Shown: positions 28,129 to 42,188 of the stretch, piece by piece
How positions within the stretch are numbered: position 1 is the first letter of the stretch
Layout of the letters: every line of letters begins with the position of its first letter
NCBI GenBank assembly: GCA_951406725.2
Contig: OX597816.1
Span: forward strand, 83,762,001-83,826,000
Length of the DNA stretch: 64,000 bases
Reading direction: 5' to 3'
DNA from: Octopus vulgaris
Lineage: Eukaryota
The notes under the pieces: model-generated
Seen by the model: the letters and a program-made list of their open reading frames with translations, nothing else
The model's database searches: none
What the model was told of the DNA's origin: nothing
Made by a program: the position numbers and the translations under genes

Positions 28129-28333
28129 ATTGCAATTGACAGACACTGAAAACTGAACTCAATTGGGTGGAATAACATTATTTGTTCAAAGTTAAGTCTA
28201 CTCGAATAATTTTTTGCTGTAATTTTTCATTTGCCTGGGGACAAACTAAGGAAAACACTGAGTAGCGACTGTCGTAGAATCAGCTTTGAGTAAACGATAC
28301 ATACATACATACATACATACATACATACATACA

Positions 28334-28370
<37 letters not shown>

Positions 28371-28393
28371 ATGTATATATATATTTATATGTA

Positions 28394-28798
28394 TACTCTT
28401 TTTACTCCTTTACTCTTTTACTTGTTTCAGTCATTTGACTGTGGCCATGCTGGAGCACCACCTTTAGTCGAGCAAATCGACCCCAGGACTTTGTAAGCCT
28501 AGTACTTATTCAATCGGTCTCTTTTGCCGAACCGCTAAGTTACAGGGACGTAAATACACCAGCATCGTTTGTCAAGAGATGTTGTGGGGGGGGGGAGACA
28601 AACACAGACACACAAACATATGCACACATACACATACATATGTATATGTATATACCTATATACGACGGGATTCTTTCAGTTTCCGTCAACCAAATCCACT
28701 CACCTGGCTTTGGTCGGCCCGAGGCTATAGTAGAAGAAACTTACCCAAGGTGCCACGAACCCGGAACCATGTGGTTCGCAAGCAGGCTAGTTACCACA

Positions 28799-28801
<3 letters not shown>
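28394..28801 (-). mobile_element. SINE family A copy
   Basis: (TTTTACTC)n tail, CTTGTTTCAGTCATTTGACTGTGGCCATGCTGGAGCACC body and tRNA-like head; flanked by TA-rich repeats. Confidence 0.88.
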
Positions 28802-28836
<35 letters not shown>

Positions 28837-29894
28837 CAAACACACGCACACACACATGTATGCTGAGAGAGAGAAAGAGGGAGAGAGAGAGAGAGGGAGG
28901 ATAGGAAGAGCAAAGAAGACCAATTCTTTCACCATGCTGCACTCAAAGCATGAGCCTAACTTGATAGCTTTGGCCTTTATCTTGTACAGATGCACGCATG
29001 TTCAAATATATGAAAATATATACACAAACATCAGCATCCCTGCTATTTCTTTCATTTGCAAAATAATTAATCGTACACTTGTGTCTATTACACACACAAA
29101 CACACAAGCACAAATGTACACTTGCGGGCATAGACACGCACACTCGCACGCATACACACAAATTTATGCGTTTATATGAATTAACAGCTACAGTTTTAAT
29201 GTAAATGATACGAGGCATTAATTGCAGCAATTTGAGAGGCCAATCTATGTATTGCTTGCTGAGATACCGCGCCACAGATTAAACTATAGAACACCTACAC
29301 ATTAAATCTTCTTAAATGTGGTACTGTGAATCATTTTGTCTACCATTTTAAAAGTACTATTTTGTATCTACATGTACTATCTTACATCTACAATTCGTTA
29401 TCCAATTAGTGCTGCCAAGACAGGCTATTCTACTAATGTATATCATAGCTAGTACGTAACATGTGTTTCAGTTTACCATTAGAAATAATCCCAAGAATCA
29501 AACAAAATAATTCTTGATTTTATTCAAAATATTAGTAATGATAAAACTAAATATGTATCAAGCTTGTGTAACCTTGAATCTAATAAGCCTAACTTCTTTA
29601 TAGTTTACCCTTTCATATATGCTTTGGCAGTCACTGGTAGCCATTAGTGAGCGCAAATAAAGTACTCGCAATTGCTGGATATTTCACGCCCGCCTGAGAG
29701 TGACAACTGAAGCAAAAGTGTAAACACTTACGACGCTGTGGTTGACTTAGCTATGAGGTCCCACGATCCGTTAAAGGAAAATAAACATCACTCCATTTAT
29801 ATATTCACACAAAGTGCAACCATTCGCTTAAGAGCATCAAGCATGTATCCAACAGAATATCTCCTTTATTCACAGACGAAGCGACATTTACTGC

Positions 29895-29960
<66 letters not shown>

Positions 29961-30562
29961 CATTATTATTATCATTATTAACCACTACGCCATATGTGTG
30001 TGTTTGTGAAGCTATGTGAACTACAGACTGCCGGTTCGGCAGGTTTCCTTGACAATTTTAGTCACAATGCGTCAGTCAATGCGAAAACCTGCTGGAAGAC
30101 TTGTCCAAAGTGCTATTCAGTAAGTTCGGACCTTCGTAACTGCGAAACAAATTTCTAATCATTTCGCCGTAATTACGCCTTGTTATCAAAACCCTGCTTG
30201 AAATATAAAGGTCTCTATGGCTAATCGAAGAAATTCGAGCTTGTAAATTTGAATTCCAAAGAATAAGATGTTCGCTCAATGTTTTTAATCTGAACTCAAA
30301 GAAATCCTTCAGGATCTCTTCTGAATATTTGTTCCAGTAGATCAAGCATACAATAGTACCATTTGCATGAAACTATAAATCCGCCTCTTCCTCCATATGT
30401 CGTAGTAAACCGTGAAGGAGTGAAGTTAATAAATAAACAGAATAAAATGATTTTAAGGATATGTAAGTCGTACATTAAGGGGTAAGGTATTGAGATCTTT
30501 CAACTTGACCCAGTACTGCCAGCAGCATCACCAGCATCACCACCACCACCACCACCACCACC

Positions 30563-30596
<34 letters not shown>

Positions 30597-30936
30597 TCAC
30601 CACCACTGCCGAGGACAGCACCAACAGTTCCACCTCACTCATTTACAATAAAGCGGAAGCTATTGAAATTTGATCAGTGTTAGAGGGGGAGCATTGCCAG
30701 TTTGTGTCTCTGTGTCTGCCAACAAAATGTTTGTATGAGGGATGGAAGCAAAAGATAGGGGAAAAAAATAAACTTTATCGTCTTTTTATTATATCGAAAT
30801 AGGCTATTAACCTAATCATTAAAATAAAGACTAAGCACCATATGAGATAATTAAGAGTGTGATACAAAAAATATTGTCTGTGCATATATATATATATGAA
30901 CATATTCTGTGTGCGTGTATATATATGAAAATGGTG

Positions 30937-31003
<67 letters not shown>

Positions 31004-32361
31004 TTCTTGGTGTTTGTATATGTATATGTATACGTACCCATGCTTCTAAACAGTTCAATTTACGTCGTATTATTGCGAATTATTGAATGTGAAGACACTG
31101 GTTTATGCATGTGTGAGGAGATGAGTGTATGTGCGTGGGAGTGTGTTGATATTTGTGTGTATATGAAAAAAATAGGAAGAAAGAAAGAGTGAATGGAGAG
31201 AGAGAAATAGACAAAAAAGAGTAAGAAAAAATTCAGAGAAAAGCGGGAAAGCAATTCTCATTGATTTATTAAATCAGACATCTTTTATTCTAATCTTTTC
31301 TCCCCCCCGCCGCCACCTCTCACTCTTTCTCACTTTCTACCTCGCGCTCACCCACACAGAAGCCCACAGTCTCTATTTCCATTTTGCTATCTCAAATTAA
31401 GACTGGTTACTTGAAAATGATTCCGTCCAACCTAGCTGTAAATAACTACGATGGAGCATATGAAAACAGATGTATGTAGGCAGAAGGAGCACTACATAAT
31501 TTATGAGTTTTTCAGTCATTTCCTACTTAAGTCATTACATTAGCCTGCGGAACGGAATAAAAATTCAGACTCTGTAAAATTTAGCTTCCAGAACACAAAA
31601 TCAGTAATCATAATTGTTCATTATCTTTCAGTTATATTGGGTAAACAAGATTCTCGTGATGGATAGCGTAAAACAGTACATTACCGGATGTTAAACTTAA
31701 AATTAATATACACGCGCCTCAGATGGGTATTTTCGTCAAAAAAAAGGGCCCACCAATCGGTTGCATTATTGAGCTCAACTTTTCTGTTAGTCGTCAGCGA
31801 CAGACTAACAATTACTGTAAGATATACTATCAAGCAGACAAGGAAGGTCTTATATTTGGATTCGAAAATAGATTCAGAATCTGTGAATCCTGCCTAAAAT
31901 TTGTCATTGACTAGAATGCATCGCAGTGCCTATTAAATACAAATGCCTCAAGGTCAATGAGGAAGCCTTTAGGCGGTCGATCAATCTGTTAAATTTGATA
32001 ACCTGATTTACCTCAGATCAACCCTACTATCTTGAAACAAGAAACCAACTAAGGAAAACGCTGGAGAACTGTATTGTCAAATACACTGCATCTCAAAGCT
32101 TTGGAATGCTCATGGCTGGAACGCCAGTGGCAATAGGAACATCATGTTCTGGATTGTTATAGAGCTAAATACCAACATCAACATCAACAAAAAAGGAGTG
32201 GTGCTATCATGTAGCAGTACAAGGGATCAGTACTACTAATCATACGAAGAAAATGATAGGAGTCAACTCCAGAGTATTATTTCCTTGAATGTTTCGTCTA
32301 GAGTTACACAAGAGATGTTGTTAGCACGCACAAATGCACGCACCTATGAATTTGCACTGAA

Positions 32362-32396
<35 letters not shown>

Positions 32397-33439
32397 CACA
32401 TACACACACACAGTAGCTCCCTCGTTGTTCATCTCCTCCAATCTCAATAGTCACTTTTAATTCATTGAATTCCTTTTTCTTCACCACTCTCCCTCAAATA
32501 TGAATGTGTATTGGGAATGCGTACTTAGTGTGTGAATGTGCGCGCGCGCGTGTGTAATCTGGATTTATGTGAGATGGGGTGAATGTATTCCTATACAACT
32601 TAAAGATGTACACACACACACACGGACGCACGCACATGCACACACCCACATATCAAATACTAGACAACATAAATTCTTCTGTTATCAAAATTACTTCCAC
32701 GTCAAGACGATGTCAGTTACCAAAGAGCAGTTAAGATCATCTTCATATGAGAAAGGAAGATAATCTCAAGAACCAAGATTTCGCCAAAGCTGTCATATTA
32801 TGGAAAAGAACGAGATTATTGTGTGGAGATGGGAGGACAACACTTGTGAACACGTGTTTCTACCACAATGGTCATCATCAGCACGACAGTTGTCAAAACT
32901 TATATCCAGTTGTCTAAGGACACAAGTGTGGAAAATGATGCTCTACGGGCAAGGCGGTAGCGAATGTGGCGGTCACGACTAAATGAAGGAATGGTTGGAA
33001 GAGAGAAGAAATGGAATTTGCAGAGTCATGTTTTAAGCTGTTGGAAATGTGAAGAATGGTGCGTAGTAGAGGCAGGGTGATGAATAACAGGTAATGGGAT
33101 CGAGTGTCTCCTTTACTTTTCTGCAAAACTTTTTCTGCCATGTTTAGTGCAGAGGGCCGAAAGTGTGAAGTTGTTCGTCAATTTAAAGCATAGAATGAAA
33201 CAAATGAGATGAAGGGCTAGCGTCCGAAACGTTAACAAAATTTCCTTTCGTTTTAAAGAGTAAAACTAATACAAAATTTGTAAAAACTTGTCCCTTTTGT
33301 GTTGAATTTCTGTTCATTGCCTTCAGAACATACTTTTTTTTTCTACGCTTACACAGACCTCTTATCTTTACACTCGTGCAAACACAGAAACATGCACACC
33401 CAGAGTTCTATTGTTATAAAAAAAATGTATTTTCACTAA

Positions 33440-33630
33440 TAAATCTTCGACAAGGCTAAAGAGTATGGCAACGAATACAGTTGATTACATCGACTTACTT
33501 GATTTCGGGGACTGTATGATATCGACCCCTGCGGAATAAAAGTATACTTGACCCTAGCATGTGACCAACCGCAAAAAATATCGCATGACTTCGTATTCGA
33601 CGTTTGATCGATTCTGCCAATCCCGTTACC
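33440..33630 (-). mobile_element. Degenerate SINE family B copy
   Basis: CAAGGCT...GATTACATCGAC...ATCGACCCC...GATTCTGCCA aligns to the reverse complement of family B. Confidence 0.55.
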
Positions 33631-34449
33631 CTAAAATACTTCTTTTGATAACCCTCCACAGTTCGAGACTTTCTCTGAAATGTCTCCGTGGACAGATACT
33701 CCGGGGTCGTTCTAAACGGTTTCAGTTCTGCTTGGAATTTCCCCGGAAAAAGTACAAAAGACTTCCTTTCTCCACATACCAATTTATATAAAGACAAACC
33801 AAGACATAGCTAAACTGGTGAGTATAATTTGCATAATAATGCATTTCTAATTATCCTGTAAACAATGTCTGTGCATTATTTATTTATTGATTAATTAACT
33901 AGCTTGCCAGCAAATGCACTATTGTGCAAGCTATATTGAAATTAATATATAAACAGATTTGCATTATGTAATGTGTCCGCTTTCTTAAACGATTCGGCTG
34001 TTGTTGTAGCTATTGGTATTAAAGATGACGGCGATTACAAGTGCAATAGATTACAGAAGGCAAGGCAATGAAAGAGACGAGGCAAAGACATGTGGCAAGA
34101 AGAAGGGAGAAGAAGATTAATAGAAGAGGAAGAGAGGGACCAAGCCGGAGAAAGTAAGACCCGACAGAGAGACACTGAGAGAGAATTGTTTAGTGTGGAG
34201 TGCCAAAGGTGTGAAGTTGTCCGTCAATTTGAAACGTGAGATGAGACAAATAAGATGAAAAACTATCCAGCTCCAACTCTCTTTCTCATCTCACTCGCGA
34301 ACCCTTTCACCCTCTTACTCACTCTCTGTCTCTGTCTCTATCTCTTTCTCTTCCTTTCTCTCTTCTATCAACTGTATCATGTTTCACCTATGAGTTCGTT
34401 GATGTTAACGTTATCGTCACAGCTGTTGTTCATTTTGTTGTCGTAATCA

Positions 34450-34629
34450 ATGTTGTTGTCATTTATAATAATGGTAATGATGATGAGGATGATGATGATG
34501 ATGGTGAGGATGAGGACGAGGAGGAGGAAGAGAAGGGGGAACTCAGTCATTGTTGCCGTTATAAATATTGCTGTCATCGTTTCGTTGATCGCAGCCGAAA
34601 ACGTTATTGTTATTGTTGTTGTTGTTGAC

Positions 34630-34672
<43 letters not shown>

Positions 34673-34763
34673 GTAATGATGTAATGATGATGATGATGAT
34701 GATGATTATTATTATGATTATGATTATGATGATGATAATGATGACGACGACGACGACGACGAC

Positions 34764-34799
<36 letters not shown>

Positions 34800-34895
34800 A
34801 ACGATAACGGCAGCGATGAGGAAGTTGAAGGAAATGGCGGCAAAGATGATGGTAACGATGATAATATAGCTGCTGTTGCTGTTGTTGTTGTTCAT
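34450..34895. repeat. Compound (GAT)n/(GAC)n/(GTT)n trinucleotide block
   Basis: Directly visible. Confidence 0.9.
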
Positions 34896-35157
34896 CTTTT
34901 CGGCTACAGTTTAATATTAGATATGACACCTTGTTGTTGTTTTAACACTAGCCATTTAGGGTTTAGGGAGCAGTTAACTCCCTGAGGAAAAGTGGCATTC
35001 AAATAGAAACGAACACAGAAATAATGCACCAAAAGAATATTGGTAGTAAACAGTTTCGCACACAGTCAGGGAACATGTCCATGCTACATTCACAAGCATA
35101 CTCATGTACTGACACATGTAAGTATAAATGCATACACACATATACATGTGTAGACGA

Positions 35158-35285
35158 AGGCACGGATGAGTGGTTAGGAGGTACGAATTGCAACCATGAG
35201 ATCTTAGGCTCAATCGCATTGTGCAGCATTCTGAGCAAATGTCTTCCATTGTAGCTTTGATCTATCGAATCCTGATTAGAATATA
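35158..35285 (+). mobile_element. SINE family A, degenerate 5' head
   Basis: AGGCACGGATGAGTGGTTAG...GGCTCAATCGCATTGTGCAGCATTCTGAGCAAATGTCTTC resembles 62580-62680. Confidence 0.5.
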
Positions 35286-35467
35286 TCACTTACAAGAATC
35301 GGTCATATATTAGACTAGCTACACGTTAATTTCAACATCGAATGTACGAAATCCGAAGAGAAAGCGTTTACGGTCTTATTTAAGAAACAACGAGACTTTT
35401 ATCATATTTAAACCTTTCTTTCAGCTTTTTTGATTTACGCAGATATTCTTTCATTCACGAAGAGCAG

Positions 35468-35549
<82 letters not shown>

Positions 35550-35676
35550 GATACATAATTGAGACTCGTATAAAAACCTTGTTGAATGCTGTACAAAGCT
35601 CGTCCACAGTTATTGGCTAGCTGATGTCATCATACAGCAGAAATGCACATACACCTGAATTTAATTTCTGTGCCTG

Positions 35677-35945
<269 letters not shown>

Positions 35946-36899
35946 ATACACATATACATACATACATGCATACATACATATATATGCGTGTGCACGCAAA
36001 AGTGATCCAAAATTGAACAAAATTTAGAAAAAGTAAAAGGAAGTGAACGAGTTTGGTTGATAGTCGGATGACCAGATGATCGGATAGATTGCGGGACGGG
36101 CTGAAGGAGAAATAGATGGGTGGATGGATGAGGAAAAAAACGTAAGACGTGTGAAATAAATAGAAAATAAAAATAAAAATAAAAATAAAAATGAAAACGG
36201 GGTAAGAAAGGTGGCGGTCTGGAAGAAGGCATAAAATTTGTGGGATCCATGAATAAAAAAAAAATGAGATGAGTTTGATGACTAGAAGATTAAATGACTG
36301 GATGGAATGGAATGGGTAAGACAGAGGTGAAGTGTGAAATAAAAAAAAAAAATTATACAAAGGGAAAGTAAGGCGGTTCTATAAGAAAGAATAATAGCGA
36401 TGCGATGATCGGAAAGGAAAAGACGAAGAAGTTTTAAGCAGAAAGAAATTATAATGTGTTATAAGAAGCTAAAGGACTGGACAGAACTCACATCTGCCTT
36501 CTTCCCCACTCGCATCTTATCTCTATGTGTGTAAGTTCATTGTCTTAAACTACGCATGCCTTATCCTACGTCCGCTCCACACCGAACACTAACAGTATTT
36601 CACACCTTTATCGCTCGATTTCTTTGCCTGTCTTCTGCTGCACCTCACACAACCACCACTACCACTACTATCAACACCACCGGCCAACCAAGACGAAGAA
36701 ACGAAATACAATAAGAGCTACAGATAAAAAAAAAAAGACAGAAAAAGAACAGAAAAAAAACCCCGCTTTTATTTCCAATTATATTTCGGTTCTTCCATAT
36801 GTTCAGTCTTTTGTTATCCTCTCATTCGTTCTCTAACCCCTCTCTTCCCATATAGCGTTATTTCTCTCTTATATGAATGTATTATACATACATACATAG

Positions 36900-37060
<161 letters not shown>

Positions 37061-38188
37061 GAAAGAGAGAGAGAGAAAGAGTGAGAGAGAGAGAGAGAGA
37101 AAGAGAGAGTGAGAGTGAAATAGAGAGAGATTCGCCTGCCTGTTATCTATCTGTTTCTGTCTGTCAGTCTCCTCTCTCTCTCTTTTTATAGTATGAGACT
37201 GTTTGGTCGACAGCTGACGAGGAACAGCGCGTTTGCTTTCGTCTGAGTGAATTTTTTTCCGATTTTCAACATTTATTTATCGTCCCTATGTGCCATCTTC
37301 TATACTACTACTACACACACACACACACATGGAGACGTAAACACACCAGCATCAGTTGTCAAGCGTTGTTGGGGGACAAACACAGTCATACAAACACACA
37401 CACATATATATACCGCGGTCCAGTTGATAGCTGGGAGTGAAATTTTACATAATATATCTGCAAATGTGTGTGTGTGTGTATACATAAGTATACATAAGTA
37501 CAAAGCACTATACTCAGGTACACACTCTCATATACGGATTTAATTCACAAGTACGAATAATATTTGCATATATACACCTATATCTTTCCCGCTCCACTTT
37601 CCTTTGGCACTTGCTAACCATTACCGGGAGGCTGTGTGATATTCCTTAAAACTTGGAAAGAAATCTCAATATAAAACAAGTTTCTGTTTTGATGATATTC
37701 AGTACACCACCCTTTAAATAAATATGTTAAATCCATACCATTGGCTACTTTCAATTATTTCCCTGGGTTAATTGTACTTTGAGTTTTCTGAATTATTTTT
37801 GGCCAAATATATACTCAAAACTTTTTCTGTATGTACCGAGCAGCAGGCCTGTGCAGATTGTACAACACTGACGAGGTCAAATAAACCAAAACGTATTTCT
37901 ATTTTCGTTTTTTTGTCTGAAAAAAAAAAAATGTGTGTGTGTGCACTTTTCCCTGCTCCAAAAATTAATTTCCCATTTACTTTGGGAGTCATTGACAGTA
38001 TACGCTAATTTTTCTAAAAAAAAAAAAATAATAATAAAAGACGAAGGAATATCAAATTAGGAATAATAGACACACACACACATACATATTAATCATACGT
38101 AACTTGGGACGCAATTGTTTTCCGCATTTAGTTATGATTATATAGGTTTTGAGTTCAAATCCCATTCAGGCACTATTTCCATTATCAG

Positions 38189-38257
<69 letters not shown>

Positions 38258-38882
38258 CAGTCATATACTGAGGTCGAATAAATAGACTGTTATTTTCTTG
38301 TGTCAATGGAAGAAACCATTTTTATATCATTTTTTCTCTGGATGAATAAAATAAATGCAATGTTGGCGTTAGTGATGGACTTGCTGATAAAGATGGCGAT
38401 GCTGGCTTTCATCATATCGCTAGCATTGGTGGTCAAGATAAAGGGGATGATGATGAAGATGATGGTCATGATTAAGATGGTGATGGAATTGGCGGGAAAG
38501 ATGATGATGATGCTCTTGTTGTTGGGGTGTCAGTGGTGATGATAGTTGCAGCGGTGGCGCAGGAGGTGGTGATACTGGTGTTGCCCATGATGGTAGTGGT
38601 GATGTTGGTGGCGGTGATGACAGTTCTGGCGGTGTTGATGTTGATGATCTTTGTGTGGAAATCGCTGCTGGAGGTGTCGATGACTGATGGTGTGATGACA
38701 AGGTTTGTGACCATCCATCAAAAGAGATGATGTGGATGACTTACGGTACCAATTTCCAATGGAAGGAGCAGCATGACACCAGAAGAATCCTATGACTGGA
38801 TCATCGTCATCGTCGTTGTCACCATAGCTACTATTATCGGCAACATCATCCTCGTTAAATTCGTCTTTCAGATTCTAATTAT

Positions 38883-39280
38883 TCTCTTTTACTCTTTTAC
38901 TCTTTTACTTGATTCAGTCATTTGACTGCGGCCATGCTGGAGCACCGCCTTTAGTCGAGCAAATCGACGCCAGGACTTATTCTTTGTAAACCTAGTACTT
39001 ATTCTATCGGTCTCTTTTGCCGAACCGCTAAGTTACGGGGACGTAAACACACCAGCGTCGGTTGTCAAGCAATGTTGGGGGGGACAAACACAGTCATACA
39101 AACACACACACACATATTCATATATACGACGGGCTTCTTTCAGTTTCCGTCTGTCAAATCCACTCACAAGGCTTTGGTCGGCCCGAGGCTATAGTAGAAG
39201 ACACTTGCGCAAGGTGCCACGCAGTGGGACAGAACCCGAAACCATGTGGCTGGTAAGCAAGCTACCTACAACACAGCCTA
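38883..39280 (-). mobile_element. SINE family A, full length
   Basis: High-identity reverse complement of 62580-62995, from the (TTTTACTC)n tail to the head ACACAGCC. Confidence 0.9.
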
Positions 39281-39636
39281 TGTTGTTAAAATTGTTATGA
39301 ACTTAATGTTCTGTTTGATGCTTGTGGTGGTGGTTGGAGTCAAAGGGTGGAGTGTTGAGATAACAGTTGTTGGTAGTGATGTATGGAAGGTTGTAATGTC
39401 AATGATGTTTGGTGAAGGTAATGGTGTTGGCTATAGCAGTGATGCTGACGGCGTCAGTGGATTTGACGATAGTGTTGCTGATTATAATAGCAGTGGTACC
39501 AGCAGCAACGACAGCGACAACAGTAGTAGCAGTAGTAGTAATAGTTGTAGTAGTAATAGTAGACGGTGAAATTTTGAGAATGTGGAGGTTGTCAAGTAAT
39601 ATTAATTATAGTAGTTAGTGTAGTTATTGTGGTGTA

Positions 39637-39678
<42 letters not shown>

Positions 39679-39839
39679 CATGATGATGATGATGATAATG
39701 ACGACGATGATGATGGTAATGATGATGACGGAATTGGCTGGGAGTGTTTTTTTTATTGCACATCCTTCGTTGTCATCATTGCTGGTGATAATAATGGTGA
39801 TTAAATTAGCAGCAGCAGCAACCATAACAACAACAGCAA

Positions 39840-39892
<53 letters not shown>

Positions 39893-39959
39893 GATGATGA
39901 TGATGATTTATTATCATCATCATCATCGTCGTCGTCGTCATCATCATCATCATCATTAT

Positions 39960-42000
39960 TATTTATTGTCTTTGTACAACTTCTAACGCTAGAAATATAC
40001 TACGGTGCCAGCTGTTCTCTACCAGTGAACTAAAGTAACACCCCTTATTTTTGGAGCACCATCCGGAGTATTCGAACGGTTCCAAACAGTGCTGTTTTCT
40101 GCAAGTGCTCACTATTCCCAGGGCTCCGACAATTATTGGTAATACTACCACCTTTTTCATCGACCACAACAGCTTAACCTCCCAAGCTAACCTGTCATAT
40201 CAATCGACTTTTCTTTCTTCCTTATCGCATACTTTGTTGTCAGCTGGGCATGCTATAACTATGATCCAGCATCATTTCTTTCTTTCCCAATTAACACTAT
40301 GTCTGGTTTCCTATTCTCTGTCTCACGATTGCACTGAATCCTAAAATCCCATAGGATCTTTGTATTATCATTTTCGATGATGCCTTCGGGTTTCCGTTCG
40401 TACCACTTTTTTGCTCTGTGTGAAGTCCATACTTTTCAGTGACCACAAATTTTGCACTTACCACTTTCTGATGTGTTGTCTATTCCATATTTGATGTAAT
40501 TGGTTCTTAATGCTGGCTCTTGGGCAGCACAGATTAGAGCCCCCGTTTCCGGTTTTAAATCACTTTTAGCCATCCATAGCCATCATTTTTCTTTGTCTGT
40601 CTTATCTTCAACATCCCCATGAAATTGTCCATGCATTCTTTTCTTTATCCACCTATTTTCAGTTTCATTCATTCTCAAGTGTTTGTACTTTGCTGTATCT
40701 TTGCAATCGTCCATCCTACACAAGCCTGACCTTCTTCCAATAATAGTGGTTCTGTGGTATTTTTTACATATCTATTCTAATGCTGTGCTTGCATCCAATC
40801 AGTTCTCTTCCCCCTCTTTTCTTTTTTGGTGCCTACAGTCTGTCTGTGTCACTTTTTGGGTGGAGTATCTCATATCTAGTCAGCAACTTCCTTGTCTTTC
40901 TGTCTAATCTGTTTAGTTCGTCTACTGTCAATGCGATTACTCCTTCTCCATATCTAAGAAGTGAAATTGCTCAAGTGTTGATAACTTCAATCTTATTCCG
41001 TCCGTTTAATTTCGAATTAAGGATTAGTCACAGTCTGCGCAAGTATTCCACCTTAAATTTTTCTCTCATTTCTTTCTCCGTGAATTTATCCATTTCCAAA
41101 ATCTCCAAGTACTTATAGTCCGTCTCTTCTATCTGCTTCATAAACATCTCCCGACGGTATCGTTAGCCCGTCCATACATTTGATCTTGCCTCTCTTCAAG
41201 ACTAACGCACCACACTTTCTCAGTCCGAACTTCATTCTGATATCAGCACTGAGAGCATACACCGTATCAACGAAAGAACTGATGTGGGATTAATTTTTAC
41301 CAAAAAGTTTGAGGTCATTTTGTTGACGGCTTTTGAATACTTACCCAGCTTTTGCTTTCCTCAGAATCAATGTTAGTGGTATCATGCACAGTACAAAGAT
41401 CAGTGGGGACAGGCAGCACCCTTGGTAGGTGCCTCTCCTGATTTCTATTGTCCCTAAACGTCTTCCATACACTATCAGTTCCGTCCTCTACTTCACCATA
41501 ATTTTTCCAAGCCATCGCTCAACATTCGATGCAATACCAAATATGTTCATACATTCCATAATCCAAGAATGTGCGATCATATCGTACGTCTTACGGTAAT
41601 CGATCCATGACATGGCTAAGTTAATTTTTCTCCTCTTGCAGCCTCTAAGTGCAGTTTTGTCTACCAGAGTTTGATCTTTGGTACCTCTGCACTTACGCTT
41701 GCACCCCTCCTGCACATGTGACAGGACTTTATTTTTTTCCAGATATCCGTACATTGACTCTGCGACAATTCCAGTCAATAATTTCCACATAAGTAGCTAG
41801 CAGGATATCGGCCTGTAATTGTCTACCGTATTGTCGTTTTCGATGTTCTTCAAGCACTGCAATTTCCAACTCATTGTTAACGACTCTGGTGTTACTTCGC
41901 CAGCATTTAACAAGGTGTTGAGTTGTGCAGCTATTCGTGCATGACATTTACCAAATCTTTTGATCCAGTAGCCTTGAACTCTATCTGATACCTGGGACCT
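39960..42000 (-). mobile_element. Decayed R4/Dong-like (restriction-like endonuclease) non-LTR retrotransposon, RT to 3' end
   Basis: Minus-strand fragments MWKLLTGI...[19 protein letters not shown]...[20 protein letters not shown] and the C-terminal MWSMKKVVVLPIIVGALG are typical of R4/Dong ORFs. Flanked by (TAC)n and (TTA)/(TCA)n repeats. Confidence 0.85.
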
Positions 42001-42002
42001 TC

Positions 42003-42095
<93 letters not shown>

Positions 42096-42157
42096 TTACT
42101 ACTGCTACTACTACTACTATTATTATTATTAGTAGTAGTAGTAGAAGTAGTAGGAGC

Positions 42158-42188
<31 letters not shown>

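Noticed and set aside
38300-38730. Pro/Ser/His-rich ORFs as a possible ARID3 N-terminal exon
   Set aside because: This is decayed GAT/GGT trinucleotide sequence, open in several frames, with no recognisable motif or convincing splice sites.
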